The notes under the pieces: generated by a model
What the model was told of the DNA's origin: nothing
The model's database searches: none
What the model saw: the letters and a program-made list of their open reading frames with translations, nothing else
Made by a program: the position numbers and the translations under genes
Origin: an uncultured virus (IMG/VR IMGVR_UViG_3300010356_001334)
Taxonomy: Duplodnaviria; Heunggongvirae; Uroviricota; Caudoviricetes
Length of the DNA stretch: 64,000 bases
IMG/VR virus record: IMGVR_UViG_3300010356_001334
Direction: 5' to 3' (one strand)
Part shown: piece by piece, positions 30,330 through 41,800 of the stretch
How positions within the stretch are numbered: position 1 is the first letter of the stretch
Layout: each line of letters opens with the position of its first letter

Positions 30330-31049
30330 ATGATGGTGAGTCGAAAACCTAAACAGCAGCCCTACGGGGCAATTATTAAGTCAGGTGCTGTTGGGAGTAT
30401 TTTGTCTCGTCTATTTCAAAGAATTCTTCATAACCTTGGGATCACCCCTGATCGCTATGAAGCTTTGATGGCAAGATACATCCAAAAAGCAGAATCCTTA
30501 CCTGATCGAAAAGAAGGGACTTCTAGAGTTAGTTTGAGCAAAGAACTCTTGAAGAAAAGCATGACCTGGAAGACTTTTCTGAAAGGTCTGGAATTTCTCT
30601 ATGTTTCGAAGTTTGAGATTCGTCTTAGACTTCATAACGAAGAAGGAAAAATCTTTTATTGCAATAAAGTTGTTGTGATGAACCAAATTACCATGGAAGG
30701 GAAAATTCTTTCTGAGTTTTATTTGGACATCATGAAGTCAGTGGGAATGACGACGGATCTTTACAATGAATTGATGATTCGTTATGTCAATAAAGCCTGT
30801 TTAACAGGAAGTCGTAAAGATCGTGCAGCGGTAAGGGCGAGTTTAAATAAAGAACTTCTGAAACCCAGTATGACATGGAAGACGTGGATTAAAGGCCTTG
30901 TTTTCTTAGCGATTACAAAAGTTGAAGTCTCCCTTGTTCTGACGCACGAGTCACGAAGAATTACCAGTCACGAAGACACCATTCTTCTTGATGATTTTGA
31001 GGAGGATTATTTGCGTGCAAAAGACGAACATTCCGAACACGAAGAATAA
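30330..31049 (+). CDS. Hypothetical protein with two tandem homologous domains
   Basis: SKELLKKSMTWKTFLKGL and NKELLKPSMTWKTWIKGL repeats. Confidence 0.7.
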   Translation: MMVSRKPKQQPYGAIIKSGAVGSILSRLFQRILHNLGITPDRYEALMARYIQKAESLPDRKEGTSRVSLSKELLKKSMTWKTFLKGLEFLYVSKFEIRLRLHNEEGKIFYCNKVVVMNQITMEGKILSEFYLDIMKSVGMTTDLYNELMIRYVNKACLTGSRKDRAAVRASLNKELLKPSMTWKTWIKGLVFLAITKVEVSLVLTHESRRITSHEDTILLDDFEEDYLRAKDEHSEHEE

Positions 31050-31527
31050 ACTTCGTGAACTGATGATCGAAGCTTTTATCATTGAGTTTGAGATTCTCAA
31101 TGACGAAGAGCAAAAACAGGTTCTTCCATGGGTAGAGAGTCTAAATGTAAAAGGTCTTTACAGATTCTTAACTCAAGAAACCATTCTTGAATTGGGAGAG
31201 GTCATTGCCGGAAATCCGACTATTCGGCAGTTCGTTCTGTCTTTGTCAGAACGAGTGCAAATTTTGATCTTGACGTCAGATGAATTGACCCAGAATACCT
31301 TGGTTAAACTCATCGACGAAATTATCAAAGTTCGTGAGATGTACCAGTTTGGGTCTGCAAGCATTATTGCTAAAGCAATCGCGGGATCTTTAGAGATGTC
31401 AAAAGACAATCTTACTAAGGTTCTCAATGCCAACACGTGGATCCTTATCCTCTATTTGAGTCTAGCCTCAGGAGCCTATAACCTGGCGCTTCAACTCTAC
31501 GCTGAAATCCAACAAGGAAAGTCTTAA
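30988..31527 (+). CDS. Hypothetical protein (start probably GTG at about 31015)
   Basis: GGAGGA RBS; ends 1 nt before the next ATG. Confidence 0.6.
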   Translation: MMILRRIICVQKTNIPNTKNKLRELMIEAFIIEFEILNDEEQKQVLPWVESLNVKGLYRFLTQETILELGEVIAGNPTIRQFVLSLSERVQILILTSDELTQNTLVKLIDEIIKVREMYQFGSASIIAKAIAGSLEMSKDNLTKVLNANTWILILYLSLASGAYNLALQLYAEIQQGKS

Positions 31528-31528
31528 A

Positions 31529-32434
31529 ATGCAAAATACTCGTAAAACGCTTCGTGAACAACTGATGACTGTGCGCTCCGCGCTTGTGGGTGGTCTCCAG
31601 CCTCGTATCCCGACCAATGCATCGAGCTGGGAAGCTGATGGCGTTGACCATATCAACATCAGCCGTTATGGTAAGACCCCACTGGGTAAGATGCTGGACA
31701 TGGACCATATTCGCAATTTTGAACATCCGCTGCTTGGACCGTTCAAAACGATGAATAGTCTGTGGTTCTTCCTGCGCGCCCGACAGCCCAATGACCATAT
31801 CCGTGTTCTGAATAATCCGGAGCTGCGTGGCTTTGTGTTTAATTCGTGCGGTGGTGTCAAAAGCGGTGTTCCGAACTTCCGTGCAGTGGTGATGCATGCT
31901 GCGTATCTTCGCATTAAAGCTTTCAAAGACATCACGCGTCTGATGATTGAGTCTGAACTTCCGTTTGATTCTTATAAGACGCTTCAAAGCGGAATTCGTG
32001 TTCGCTTCGAGCATACGCTTTGGGTGGTGAATGCATTTGAAGAAATTCGTAAAGCGCTCAAAGAAGAACGTGAACCGAATTTCTCGCATCTCATGGATCG
32101 GGATGCTCAAGACATCTACTCTGGTGTTTTGAAGATGCTCAATCCAAATGGCAATACCTTGAGTGTTGAAGAAATTAAAGCGCTGACGACGCCGACGCTC
32201 AAGCCGAAGAAAGAAGTGGACGAAAAAGCGCCTGAAGTCGTTCAACAGGTTCATGAAGAAGAATCTGTTTTGACTGAAGAAGCTTCTCTTCAAAGTGATG
32301 AAAGTGTTATCACAGACGCAACGGAAATTGAAACAGACGTTGCTGCCGAAGCAGCGGTTAGTGAAATGGCAGAAGTTGTTTCACCGACTGAAGAAACTCA
32401 AATGGGTGAAGAACTCGTTGAAGCACGTGCTTAA
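31529..32434 (+). CDS. Conserved jumbo-phage protein (DGVDHINI family) with an acidic tail
   Basis: AAGGA RBS; host-like codon use; DGVDHINI...TPLGKML motif. Confidence 0.65.
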   Translation: MQNTRKTLREQLMTVRSALVGGLQPRIPTNASSWEADGVDHINISRYGKTPLGKMLDMDHIRNFEHPLLGPFKTMNSLWFFLRARQPNDHIRVLNNPELRGFVFNSCGGVKSGVPNFRAVVMHAAYLRIKAFKDITRLMIESELPFDSYKTLQSGIRVRFEHTLWVVNAFEEIRKALKEEREPNFSHLMDRDAQDIYSGVLKMLNPNGNTLSVEEIKALTTPTLKPKKEVDEKAPEVVQQVHEEESVLTEEASLQSDESVITDATEIETDVAAEAAVSEMAEVVSPTEETQMGEELVEARA

Positions 32435-32447
32435 TTAAAGCATACCC

Positions 32448-32500
32448 CACAGCTAGAGGCTTTGGCCTCTAGCTGTGTGTTGACTTTTCTTTTTTGTTTT
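32448..32500 (+). terminator. Intrinsic terminator
   Basis: CACAGCTAGAGGC/GCCTCTAGCTGTG followed by T-rich sequence. Confidence 0.8.
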
Positions 32501-32513
32501 TAAATAAGATTGT

Positions 32514-33581
32514 GTGACATGTTGTTTAAAGGAAAAGATCATGGCCATTAGTGCACAACGCTTTACCATATTAGATCGAGAAACAAATATCTCGACCGCG
32601 AAGTTTAAAGCTGACATGGATAGCATGATCTTAAATGATCCTGCAAATGCTTTAAAAGATCCAAATACGCAATTACAGAGTTTACTGGATTCTGCTAATC
32701 AAAAAGCCCTTCAAGGTAAAGAAGCACTTTCAGATGCGTTTTCTCAAGCTTCTCGTCTTGCTAAAGATGCTGCTTCTCAAATCACTGACCTAGCCTCTCT
32801 TCCGACAGAAATTTTAGGTGATTTTCTTTCTTCTATCACCGGAGGAAACTTAAGTCTTCAGAAATCCTTAAAGAGCATGTTAAATAAATGCTCGAATAAA
32901 GGATTAGGGTATGGAACACCTGGTAAGCCTTTTGATCTTTCTATGAACTGTGGCGCAGGTGATATTAGCTTGGGTCAAAGTGGAGGAAGTAGAGGTTGTG
33001 ATGCCGGTTCTTTTAATGATCTTTTAAATAAACTTACTGGTGGTGGATATAACGCTTCCTTTAAAGATTTAAATAGCCTTTTGAAGTCGCTCATGGCTTT
33101 GTCGGGCTACGGCTATAATCTTGGAATGTGTGGTGTTTTTAATGCACTCTCACAAGGGATGCCGAAGGATGTACTCTCTAGAGCCTCAGGAGGCCTTCTA
33201 AGCCTTTTAGGATCATCCGGTAATACCAATGGCTTCCTAGATGTTGCAAAGAGCTCTGTAGGACTTACACCACTTCTAACAAACCCTGACAGTATTCGTG
33301 GGTTCTTTGATAACTTTAAGAAACCTTCTAATGTTAAAGAATCCAATTTATCTAATTTAGCTGAACGAGCGCTAGGTGGTGCTGAGCTCTTAAATGAAGA
33401 TTGGAATCGAAGTCAGTTTGATGGAAGTGTGAGTATTGCTCAGTCTTCAAGAAATCGAGCAGATTTATCTGATGCTTTCAGTGCTCGTCTTTCTGATCGA
33501 AGCTTTGGGCAGGGTTCTTTAAATAGTGCACCATCTAACGATGATGATTTTCTATTAGGTGCGTATTTGATGCGAGCATGA
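32514..33581 (+). CDS. Putative virion structural protein (likely start ATG 32541)
   Basis: AAGGA RBS before MAISAQ; Gly/Ser-rich helical protein. Confidence 0.55.
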   Translation: MTCCLKEKIMAISAQRFTILDRETNISTAKFKADMDSMILNDPANALKDPNTQLQSLLDSANQKALQGKEALSDAFSQASRLAKDAASQITDLASLPTEILGDFLSSITGGNLSLQKSLKSMLNKCSNKGLGYGTPGKPFDLSMNCGAGDISLGQSGGSRGCDAGSFNDLLNKLTGGGYNASFKDLNSLLKSLMALSGYGYNLGMCGVFNALSQGMPKDVLSRASGGLLSLLGSSGNTNGFLDVAKSSVGLTPLLTNPDSIRGFFDNFKKPSNVKESNLSNLAERALGGAELLNEDWNRSQFDGSVSIAQSSRNRADLSDAFSARLSDRSFGQGSLNSAPSNDDDFLLGAYLMRA

Positions 33582-33588
33582 CTAATCG

Positions 33589-33624
33589 ACACAGTGAGTA
33601 CGCCAAAAGGCGTACTCACTGTGT
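33589..33624. terminator. Bidirectional terminator
   Basis: ACACAGTGAGTACGCC/GGCGTACTCACTGTGT. Confidence 0.85.
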
Positions 33625-33630
33625 TCACGT

Positions 33631-35748
33631 TTAAAAACGTTCGCCTTCAAATACAGCCGTTCCTGCAATTGGTACTTGAATCAAGTCTGACAACGCGCCC
33701 GATGCACCTAGGGTGATATCATTAATAAATCCGTTTTCAACGGAGTTCTTAAATAAAGAAACATGGTAGGCAGGTGAAGTCGCTTTCTGCTTAGCAGCAA
33801 GCAGCTTCTTTGTCATCTTTAATTGTGCTTTAGGGAAAGGATATATCTGACTATAGATATCCATACCCGCTAAAACATTCAAGTAGTCGGCAGCAATATT
33901 ATCTTCATCCATGGTAATGTCTGTCTCAAGGAGTTTCCCTGAAGACATCGGCATGTGCATGATGGTTGAGAGGTCGACAATATTCACCGACACATCTAAG
34001 GCCAATGCCTGCCCTTGTGTATCAAATTGAAGATTAGAAGTGCCTCGCGTAATACTGATAGATTCAATCATAGCCAGACGGGACTGGAGACGACCTCGAT
34101 CATAGATCTGGCAGTAGAATGGTGAGGTATAGGATTGCTTACCTGTAGAGCGTGGCATCGCACCTGCTAAGAGCATATAGAACGGAATCCAGATATTAAT
34201 CATCCGAGAAATTGGATTATTGTACGGACTGATCAACTGAATCGTATATGAACCCCTTGGAAGGGTCGCTGAGGAACTTTGCCAGTGTTTGGGGATATCG
34301 ATGTAGCCTGAACCCCCTAGGCCCGGTACAAGACCTGCAAAGCCGAGTGTGACGCCATCGAGCGCGCCCATGCCTAGGTTAGTGAGAGCACCTGCAACTT
34401 CACCAATGGCACCACCAACTAAATTCCCATCCGCAAAAGAGAAACGTGCTTCTCGCGCTTGTGACGAGATCCCATTTAACTTTTGAGCAAGATCTGACTC
34501 AGCAACACTGTTTCCGAATGACTCACTGATTGAACCTGTATGGTCAACTCTAAAGACGGCGAATTGAGAACCATCTCGCCATTCGGCATCTGCGTACTTC
34601 TTAAAGCTATCAATATAGCCTCCTTCAGTACGCTGTTTACCATCTTGAGCATTGGGATCTACACGAGGATCAATATCTTGCTTAACCTCAGCACCATCAG
34701 GCGCTGTATAGTAATCCCCAAACATTAATAGTTCATTAAAGAAAGCTGCTAATGTAGGTTGAGATTTAATATCCGATACATGAGTAGTGTGTGCACCTGT
34801 CCCGGAATGATCTCGCCTTAGATAGCCTTCAAAATCAGTCGAGGTGCCATTGTCGAGCATCTTGAAGTCTGTCATAAAAAGCTCATTAGCCATACGCTGA
34901 GCTTTATTGGCCAGTGCATAAATATCAAAATAACCATTACCATTAAAGACATCAGGCATCAGTCGCGATAGATCATTCATTTGCTCTTCATCGAGCTTAT
35001 AGGGTTTACCTAAACGCTGCTTATCTTCTTCATTAAGGATCTTTTTAAAGATCCCGGTGTTAACAGCGTGGTTGTTGACAAGAAGATTAACCGTGCTCCA
35101 ATAAAGGTGCATAGTCGGTTTCAAGGTGAAGAACTTACTGGTCTCACGTCCCATCAACCAACTCACAGCTTTACCTACTGCAACTGTAACAGTTAATAGC
35201 GGAAAAGCAACAGCTGTGATTGCAGTTCCGACGACTTTTCCAAGGGTATAAAAAGCCGTTGGTGCACGACCTGTTCTAGCTAAGATCGTTTGTTCTCGAT
35301 CAAAAGCTCGAAGTAAGAATGTTGAAAGTGAATTATACTGAGGTACACCAAAGCGCAAAAAGATCTTTTGAGCGGGATCATCAATCCCTTCACTATAAGC
35401 GCGCCCCATGCCATAATTACCACTGACATTACTGACACTCACATTTTCTCGATTCTTGAAACGCCCTTTAACACGAATATCTGAATAACGAGTCCATTGA
35501 GGTCGAGGATTAATCCCAATATTGCATCCTAGACGACCGTCAGTGAATTTCGCTGAGGCTGAACTCCAATATCGATTCTTGATATCCGTGCTATCGGCAA
35601 GGTCTTCATCTGAGACCATGAATGCAGTCTTAGCCCACGTCTTATCAAGCGGATTAGAGTCACTGGTGGTGTGGTCAGTAGGACTAATTTCTTGTCCTTT
35701 AAACTGATCTACGGCAGAGGTTACTGAATTGACTAATGAAGAAAACAT
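33631..35748 (-). CDS. Virion tail/baseplate protein (phiKZ gp182-like)
   Basis: Lies downstream of the giant lytic tail protein; PRSTGKQSYTSPFYCQ motif; AAGGAG RBS. Confidence 0.7.
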   Translation of the reverse strand: MFSSLVNSVTSAVDQFKGQEISPTDHTTSDSNPLDKTWAKTAFMVSDEDLADSTDIKNRYWSSASAKFTDGRLGCNIGINPRPQWTRYSDIRVKGRFKNRENVSVSNVSGNYGMGRAYSEGIDDPAQKIFLRFGVPQYNSLSTFLLRAFDREQTILARTGRAPTAFYTLGKVVGTAITAVAFPLLTVTVAVGKAVSWLMGRETSKFFTLKPTMHLYWSTVNLLVNNHAVNTGIFKKILNEEDKQRLGKPYKLDEEQMNDLSRLMPDVFNGNGYFDIYALANKAQRMANELFMTDFKMLDNGTSTDFEGYLRRDHSGTGAHTTHVSDIKSQPTLAAFFNELLMFGDYYTAPDGAEVKQDIDPRVDPNAQDGKQRTEGGYIDSFKKYADAEWRDGSQFAVFRVDHTGSISESFGNSVAESDLAQKLNGISSQAREARFSFADGNLVGGAIGEVAGALTNLGMGALDGVTLGFAGLVPGLGGSGYIDIPKHWQSSSATLPRGSYTIQLISPYNNPISRMINIWIPFYMLLAGAMPRSTGKQSYTSPFYCQIYDRGRLQSRLAMIESISITRGTSNLQFDTQGQALALDVSVNIVDLSTIMHMPMSSGKLLETDITMDEDNIAADYLNVLAGMDIYSQIYPFPKAQLKMTKKLLAAKQKATSPAYHVSLFKNSVENGFINDITLGASGALSDLIQVPIAGTAVFEGERF

Positions 35749-35768
35749 TGAAATCTCCTTGATGACAC

Positions 35769-35798
35769 AGAGGACGGTCTCAGAAGAGACCGTCCTCT
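35769..35798. terminator. Palindromic terminator-like hairpin
   Basis: AGAGGACGGTCTC/GAGACCGTCCTCT. Confidence 0.75.
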
Positions 35799-35803
35799 AT
35801 GCA

Positions 35804-38800
35804 TTACATCACTTTTCTAGACATGTCTAAGGACGGCGGCTGGGCACGACCAGTGCGTCCCATGTTCCGATTATCCTGTTCCTTAAGAGAGTCTGCTGAA
35901 TTACCCTGAGAAGCCTTTGCGACAGTCGCAAGAGCTGCTGCCAGCATTTCAGCCACTTTCTCAGTTTTGACATTTTCAAGGATGTCTTTAAGCACAGCAA
36001 GCGAGTCTTGTTGGATACCAACAGATTTATCGAGTGCTGTTTCAATATTCCCCATATTGGGGCCAGTAAAGGATTCGCCAGACTCTCTTCGCTCCCTAGC
36101 CAACATAGAACTACCGCGACTATCGACAAAAACACCACCACTGCTAGACGCATACATCTCTCGTGAAGATGTGTTCGGTGTGACGCTGGTTGCAGCGCTT
36201 TGGGTCGGTGTTGGGAGTGAGAGCCCTTGTCCACCCTTAGAAGGCATAGAGGTTTGTTGAGTCGAAGCAGGTGTCTGATCACCTGTAGGTGTTGTCAGAG
36301 GACTCGATCCTTCAGACGGCTTAAGACCAGGACCTTCACTTGATACTTTAAGTCCTTGACCAGCATTAACATTAACACCGTAGCTTGCGGACTTATCTTT
36401 CAGTTTCTTAGAAAGATTCTCATAGATAGCGCGAACCGTTAAAGGTTGTCCACTCTTACTATAAAAGATTCCTCTATTAGCCGATGCGGCTTGAGGAAGT
36501 GCTTGTGCTGCAATAGTGTCTGGTGAAAGAGACAAGAACTTATTGGCACCACCTGGACCTAAGAAATGTGACAGATATAGATCTGTAAAGTTTGTATCTG
36601 GTTTTACCCGACTAATATAGCGTTGGTTCTGCTTGACATATTCGGAAGCCAGGAGTGTTGCAGCTTCAACATCAAACGGAGACGCATTGGCTTTAAGACC
36701 ATATTTCGAACCAAACTTAGCCACTTGCTCTTGCCAAGTTGATCGAATAAATTGATAAAGTCCAGCGGCTGTGCTAGTGCTTGCTCTAGCATTTGGATTA
36801 AGGTCCGATTCCACCACAGCAAAGGCTTGCATGAGAGAAGGATCAACACCCACCTTCCTAGCATGCTTAGCGATCTCATTCTTGATATCGCCACCCTTAC
36901 CAGACGCTTTACCCAAGGGTTCGCCTTGTGTGCTGGTCGGTTGGGGTTCTGCTTCTTGCGCTTGATTCCACAGTTGTTCTTCTGTGGGCATCTTTTCTTG
37001 CGCTGTCGTAGAAGTATCAGGCGTAATATTTAGTTGAGTACTTGTCGCACTTTGTTTATTTAGCGCGCCATCATTCGATGCAGGTTGATTTAAAGCACCG
37101 GTTGGTTGGTTCATTGAAGTTGCAGAACCATCAGGCATCGAAACAGATCCAGGACTGCCAGATTGGTTTCGATCATTATATCCACCAATACGACCACTAC
37201 CCGAACTCGAGCCAGACATAATCGTCTCTTTTGACCCAGAGGGTGTTCCGGGAGTCATCGTAGACGAGCCATCGGCCATCTGAGTCTTAGGTTCTTCTGC
37301 AGGCTTACCAGGAGCTTCTAGAAGTCTCATTGCAAGATCGTGATTACGACGATACTTTGTCGCATTTGGAACTGTGCCGTAGCCACCACCTCCTCGATAC
37401 AAGGACGCAGCAATCATGACATCTCTTTCACGCGCATTATCTCTAGCTAATGCAATGTTCTTCTGAATACCTGCAGGTTCAATATGCCAAGGTTCACCCC
37501 CGACTGGCCGAGTAAAGCCATACTTCTTCATTAAGCCAAGTTTTTCAAGTTCATTGGCATCTGAAGAATTAATATCAATCGCCATACCCTTTTCATGCAG
37601 AGAGCGACCTGGCGCGGCAGCCTTTTGCGGGAACTGACGATGAAGTGCAGCTTGACGTTCATAAGAACGATAGCCTGAATTAACCTGGATCGTTTTTCCA
37701 GTCTTTTCCCCGTATTCCTCAGCCATTCCTAAGAAGTGCTTGAGCATGATAGGGTTACTACCCTCAATCTCAACACCCTTACCCAGTCGAAGGTATTGGC
37801 TACCTGCCTGACCGGTCTTAGGTGCACCTCCAGCTTCAGGGACTGAACTAGGTGCGCTTGCGCCACTTAAGTTATTAAGACTCTGTGTAGTCGGTGCTTG
37901 ACCTAATTGTTGAGTCTGAGGACCATCTTCACCCGTCTCACCGCCTGTTAAGGCTTGAGTACCAAGCCCAGCTTGCTGAGCTTTTTTCTCATTGATAAGG
38001 GTTAAGAGGTCTTTTTGCTTTTCACCTTCTTTTAGAGGTTCCTTCTCTTTAAAAGTGCCACCTGTTATGTAATCCAAGAAAGCCCCTGACTTACTCTTAT
38101 ATGGCGCATCAGGTGCTTTTGCTTCTTCTTGTTTCTTTTCAGGAAGGATGTTTTCCTTAGAGCCTTTAGAGGATTCACCTCTTAAGTTAGAAATCAAGAT
38201 ATCATTCGACTCTTTAATCTTTGTCTTCTCATTGCTGAGTTCAGACAAAGCTTTTAAAGGACTGACTGTGACGTCGTAAGGTCCTTCAGGAAGTGCTGTG
38301 GCTTCGAGATACTTGATTAGTTTAGAAGGCTCTAAGTCTTTAACTTCACTGAGCTTCTTTTTACCATCGACAGCATAGAGCGCAGTGATGTGTGTCAGGA
38401 AAATAGGCTTAAAGCGATTCGTATACCAGTAGGCAAACTTCTCACCTGTCTCCTGATCGTCCTTATCAATATTGAAGATTTCAGCAATCTCTTCAGGATT
38501 GACACGACGTTCGTTGATGGATGCTTTACCATTCTCATACGTTAGACGGCCATCTTGCAAGTACTCTTCAAGCACATAGACGTGATGGTTATATTGATCA
38601 ACATCAGAATTGTAACCAAAACCATATTGACGTAAACGAAGTCTTTCATAATCGTTTGCGTTATTACGCTTAGCACGCTGATAGAGTTTATAGATGCCAT
38701 AGCCTGCTAGAGCAAGCGCTGCGCCACCAATGACAACAGGCGTCGCAACTGCACCTGCAATAGACGTGACAGCTGCACCAGCTAACTTAGCACCTGCCAT

Positions 38801-41800
38801 GATTGCGCCAGGTAAAGCCTTAGTTGCCATAAAGGCAGCAGAACGTGCACCATACTGCAAACCTGTTCTCAGGACTGTTCCACCAATACTAGCTGCTTTA
38901 GAACCAATTGCAGTCACACCTGTCTTAGCCGCATTAAAAAGACCCGCTGCTTTACCAAGAAGTCCTGTCTTAGCGGCTGTAGCGCCAGTTGCTGCAGCAC
39001 CTGCACCTGCTGCACTAGCACCTGTACCAGTAGCGCCTGCTGCCGTTGAAGCTAGACCTGTAGCACCTGAGGCTGCTGAAGCAGCCGACCCTGCACCAAA
39101 TAGACCTTTCAGTCCACCGATAGCAGAACCGACTCCTGAAGCAATCTTTCCACCTACAGCACTTAATCCCGCTTTAGCAGAACCTAATAGACCACCTGCG
39201 CCCTTAGCTAAGGACCCTAAAGTCGTAACCGCTCTACTAGCTAGACTTGCAGCGCTTCCGATCGACTTTGTGAGAAGCCCACCCAGACCTGTCAGTTTAG
39301 TAAAGCCAGAACCCAGAAGACTCATCACTCCACTAAAACCAGATGACAAAAATGAGAAGAGTCCACCTAGTTTACCAAGGAGATTATCAAAGATATTTCC
39401 TTGTTTATACTTTAGGCTTAAGTCTGCTTCTGCACCTTGCTTAGTACGCGAGCGCTTCAGTTCCTCAAGACGCTCTTGACGCTCTTCAACACTACCATCG
39501 CGCCGACCATCGCCATCTTTATCATTCCAGGCTTTTTCACCTGTTTTCTTAACCAGGATCTGCTGTGCTGGTGTTGTAAGTGGTTTTTCTTTAGGTGTAG
39601 ATTGAGGATCTTGAGTTGGTGTAGCTGAGCCTAGAAGTCCTCCTAGACCTGAAGCGACTGAACCTAACCCTCCACCAATTCCCTTTAGAACACCTAAGCC
39701 TTTACCAAGAAGCCCTTTACCGGCAGTAGCAGCTGTCGCTGCCGTCGCGGCTGTGGAAGTAACTGTATCTTTGGCTTTTCCAAGAACTTTGTCTTTAAGA
39801 CCGCCTAGTTTTCCACCCAGTCCTTTTGCCGCATCAACCATACCACCTAAGAAACCGGTCGTATTGGGCGCTTGGACCTGAGGAACATCGGTAGAAGAAG
39901 TCTCTGCGACTTCAGATGTCTTTTCAACAACGATCTGAGGGGTTTCAGATGACAAAGGTGAAATACCCTTTGGCTTTTTCTTTAGTCGTTCAAAGACACT
40001 TTCTTTATCTCCAAGGAGAATATCTCGAATATCGACAAGAACTTCGTAAGATCGATCTCTAAAACCTTTACCTAATCCATCAAAGCCTTGGAACTTATCT
40101 TTAATGAAGTCTTTAAACTGACCAAAGGTTTTAACTGACCCTTCTTTCAGCTGACTTACCGTTGAAGTGATCTTGTCTTTAACGTAAGAGGCAGCACCAA
40201 TCGTTCCTTTGACAATGGTCATAAAGGTCGATTTGATCTTCTCACCTTTACGATCATAAAGACCTTGTGCTTTGTCTTCTGCTGTTAGAATAACATTACC
40301 GAATTTATCGACAATGTTTTCTTTAGCTTCTAGAAGCTGGTCAATGGTTTCAATGGCCTTACCTGTAGCTGAGTCGTAATAATAACCTGCTTTTAATTTA
40401 AAAGCCTGAATAACAGGCTCAGTCATGCCAGGGAGATAGAGGTCTTTAGCACTATTGATAAACTTAGAAAGACCTTCAGCGGTTTTCTTAGCAAGATTTT
40501 TGAGCTCTTTAAAGCCAGCAGGCAGATGTTCCATCAAGGTCTTCTGACCCATCTCGAGCACACTTCCAGCCAGAGCAGTGGCTTTTCCAAAGAGACTACT
40601 AAGTCCTTCTTTAATTGCGCCTTTATTATTGTCAAAAGACTGACTGACAAAATCAAGCGCAGGCTTAGCAACTTTATCCTTACCTACAGTAAAGACACGA
40701 GAAGCAGCACCGTAAACGTCGCCACTGACCCGCGTAGCTAAATCAAGAACATTCTTGAAAGTCGAGGATAGTAAAGAACGATAGTCGTCCTTAGATCCAA
40801 ACTCATCTTGATCTTCATTACCTTGGCTAGAACGAACAACCTTTCCAAGACGCTTAGACTCACTGCTAAGGAGTTTGACAATGGAAGCCGTATCTTGACG
40901 AATCTGATATAGCAATCCATCATTAGTAACTTTACGACCGCCTTTACCGAGTTTATCAACTTGATCACCCAGGTGTTTAATGGCGGCCATTGTGGCACCA
41001 TTCATAGACTGCAAATCGATGCGCTTTCCGTCTGGAGCAGCTTCTTCACCAAAGTTCTTACGAACCTCTTGAGCCATGGGACCTGAGTGCGGTTCTTTAT
41101 CACCCTTTCCTGGTTGATAGAACCAGTTATATAACTTAGTCTTCTTGAAACCATCAAAGGCTTCTTGAGGCGACCACTTCTTAGAGAGTCCTTGTTCTTG
41201 AGGAACAAAGGATTCATCCATGCGAGGATAGGGATTAAGTTGATAAGAAGAGGATTTTGTCTTTCTAAATCGTTCAGAGACTGTTTTTAAGAGCTCTGTC
41301 GGATTCATTTGACGAATGGCTTGTTTGACATTGATGTCAGAACGAACAATCCCTTCTTCTTCTAAGAACTTGGCATAGGCTTCTTCATCAACCTTAAAGC
41401 TACCCTTATCCGTTCTCTTAACAATTCCCGTTTCAGTTAAAGCATCACCATAGCCTGCTTGGATGTAGTCATTAATATTCTTATCAAGAGAAGGCGTCGC
41501 TTTACGGATCGATTGGATCTGTTTAGTAAATGCTAGACTGGTTGCTTCTTTATTGTCTCCCTCACTCATCATAGAAAGTTGTCGATCGACCACTCTCTTG
41601 ACAGAAGGAGATAAAGACTCATAAGCACTTGTGTTCTCAATATTTTCTTTGGTATATTGAATATTGCTAACACGAGACAAACGACTTAAGAAACGTTTAA
41701 GTTCGATTTCCTCATCATTATCAAGATAGTGATCTTGACGAATATAGTCACTGGCTTCATTAAGCTTAAAGTCTTGTTGGCTCTTACGAACCTCAGATGA

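Noticed and set aside
38730..39479. Pro/Ala-rich 249-aa plus-strand ORF
   Set aside because: Antisense to the Gly/Ala-rich region of the giant tail protein.
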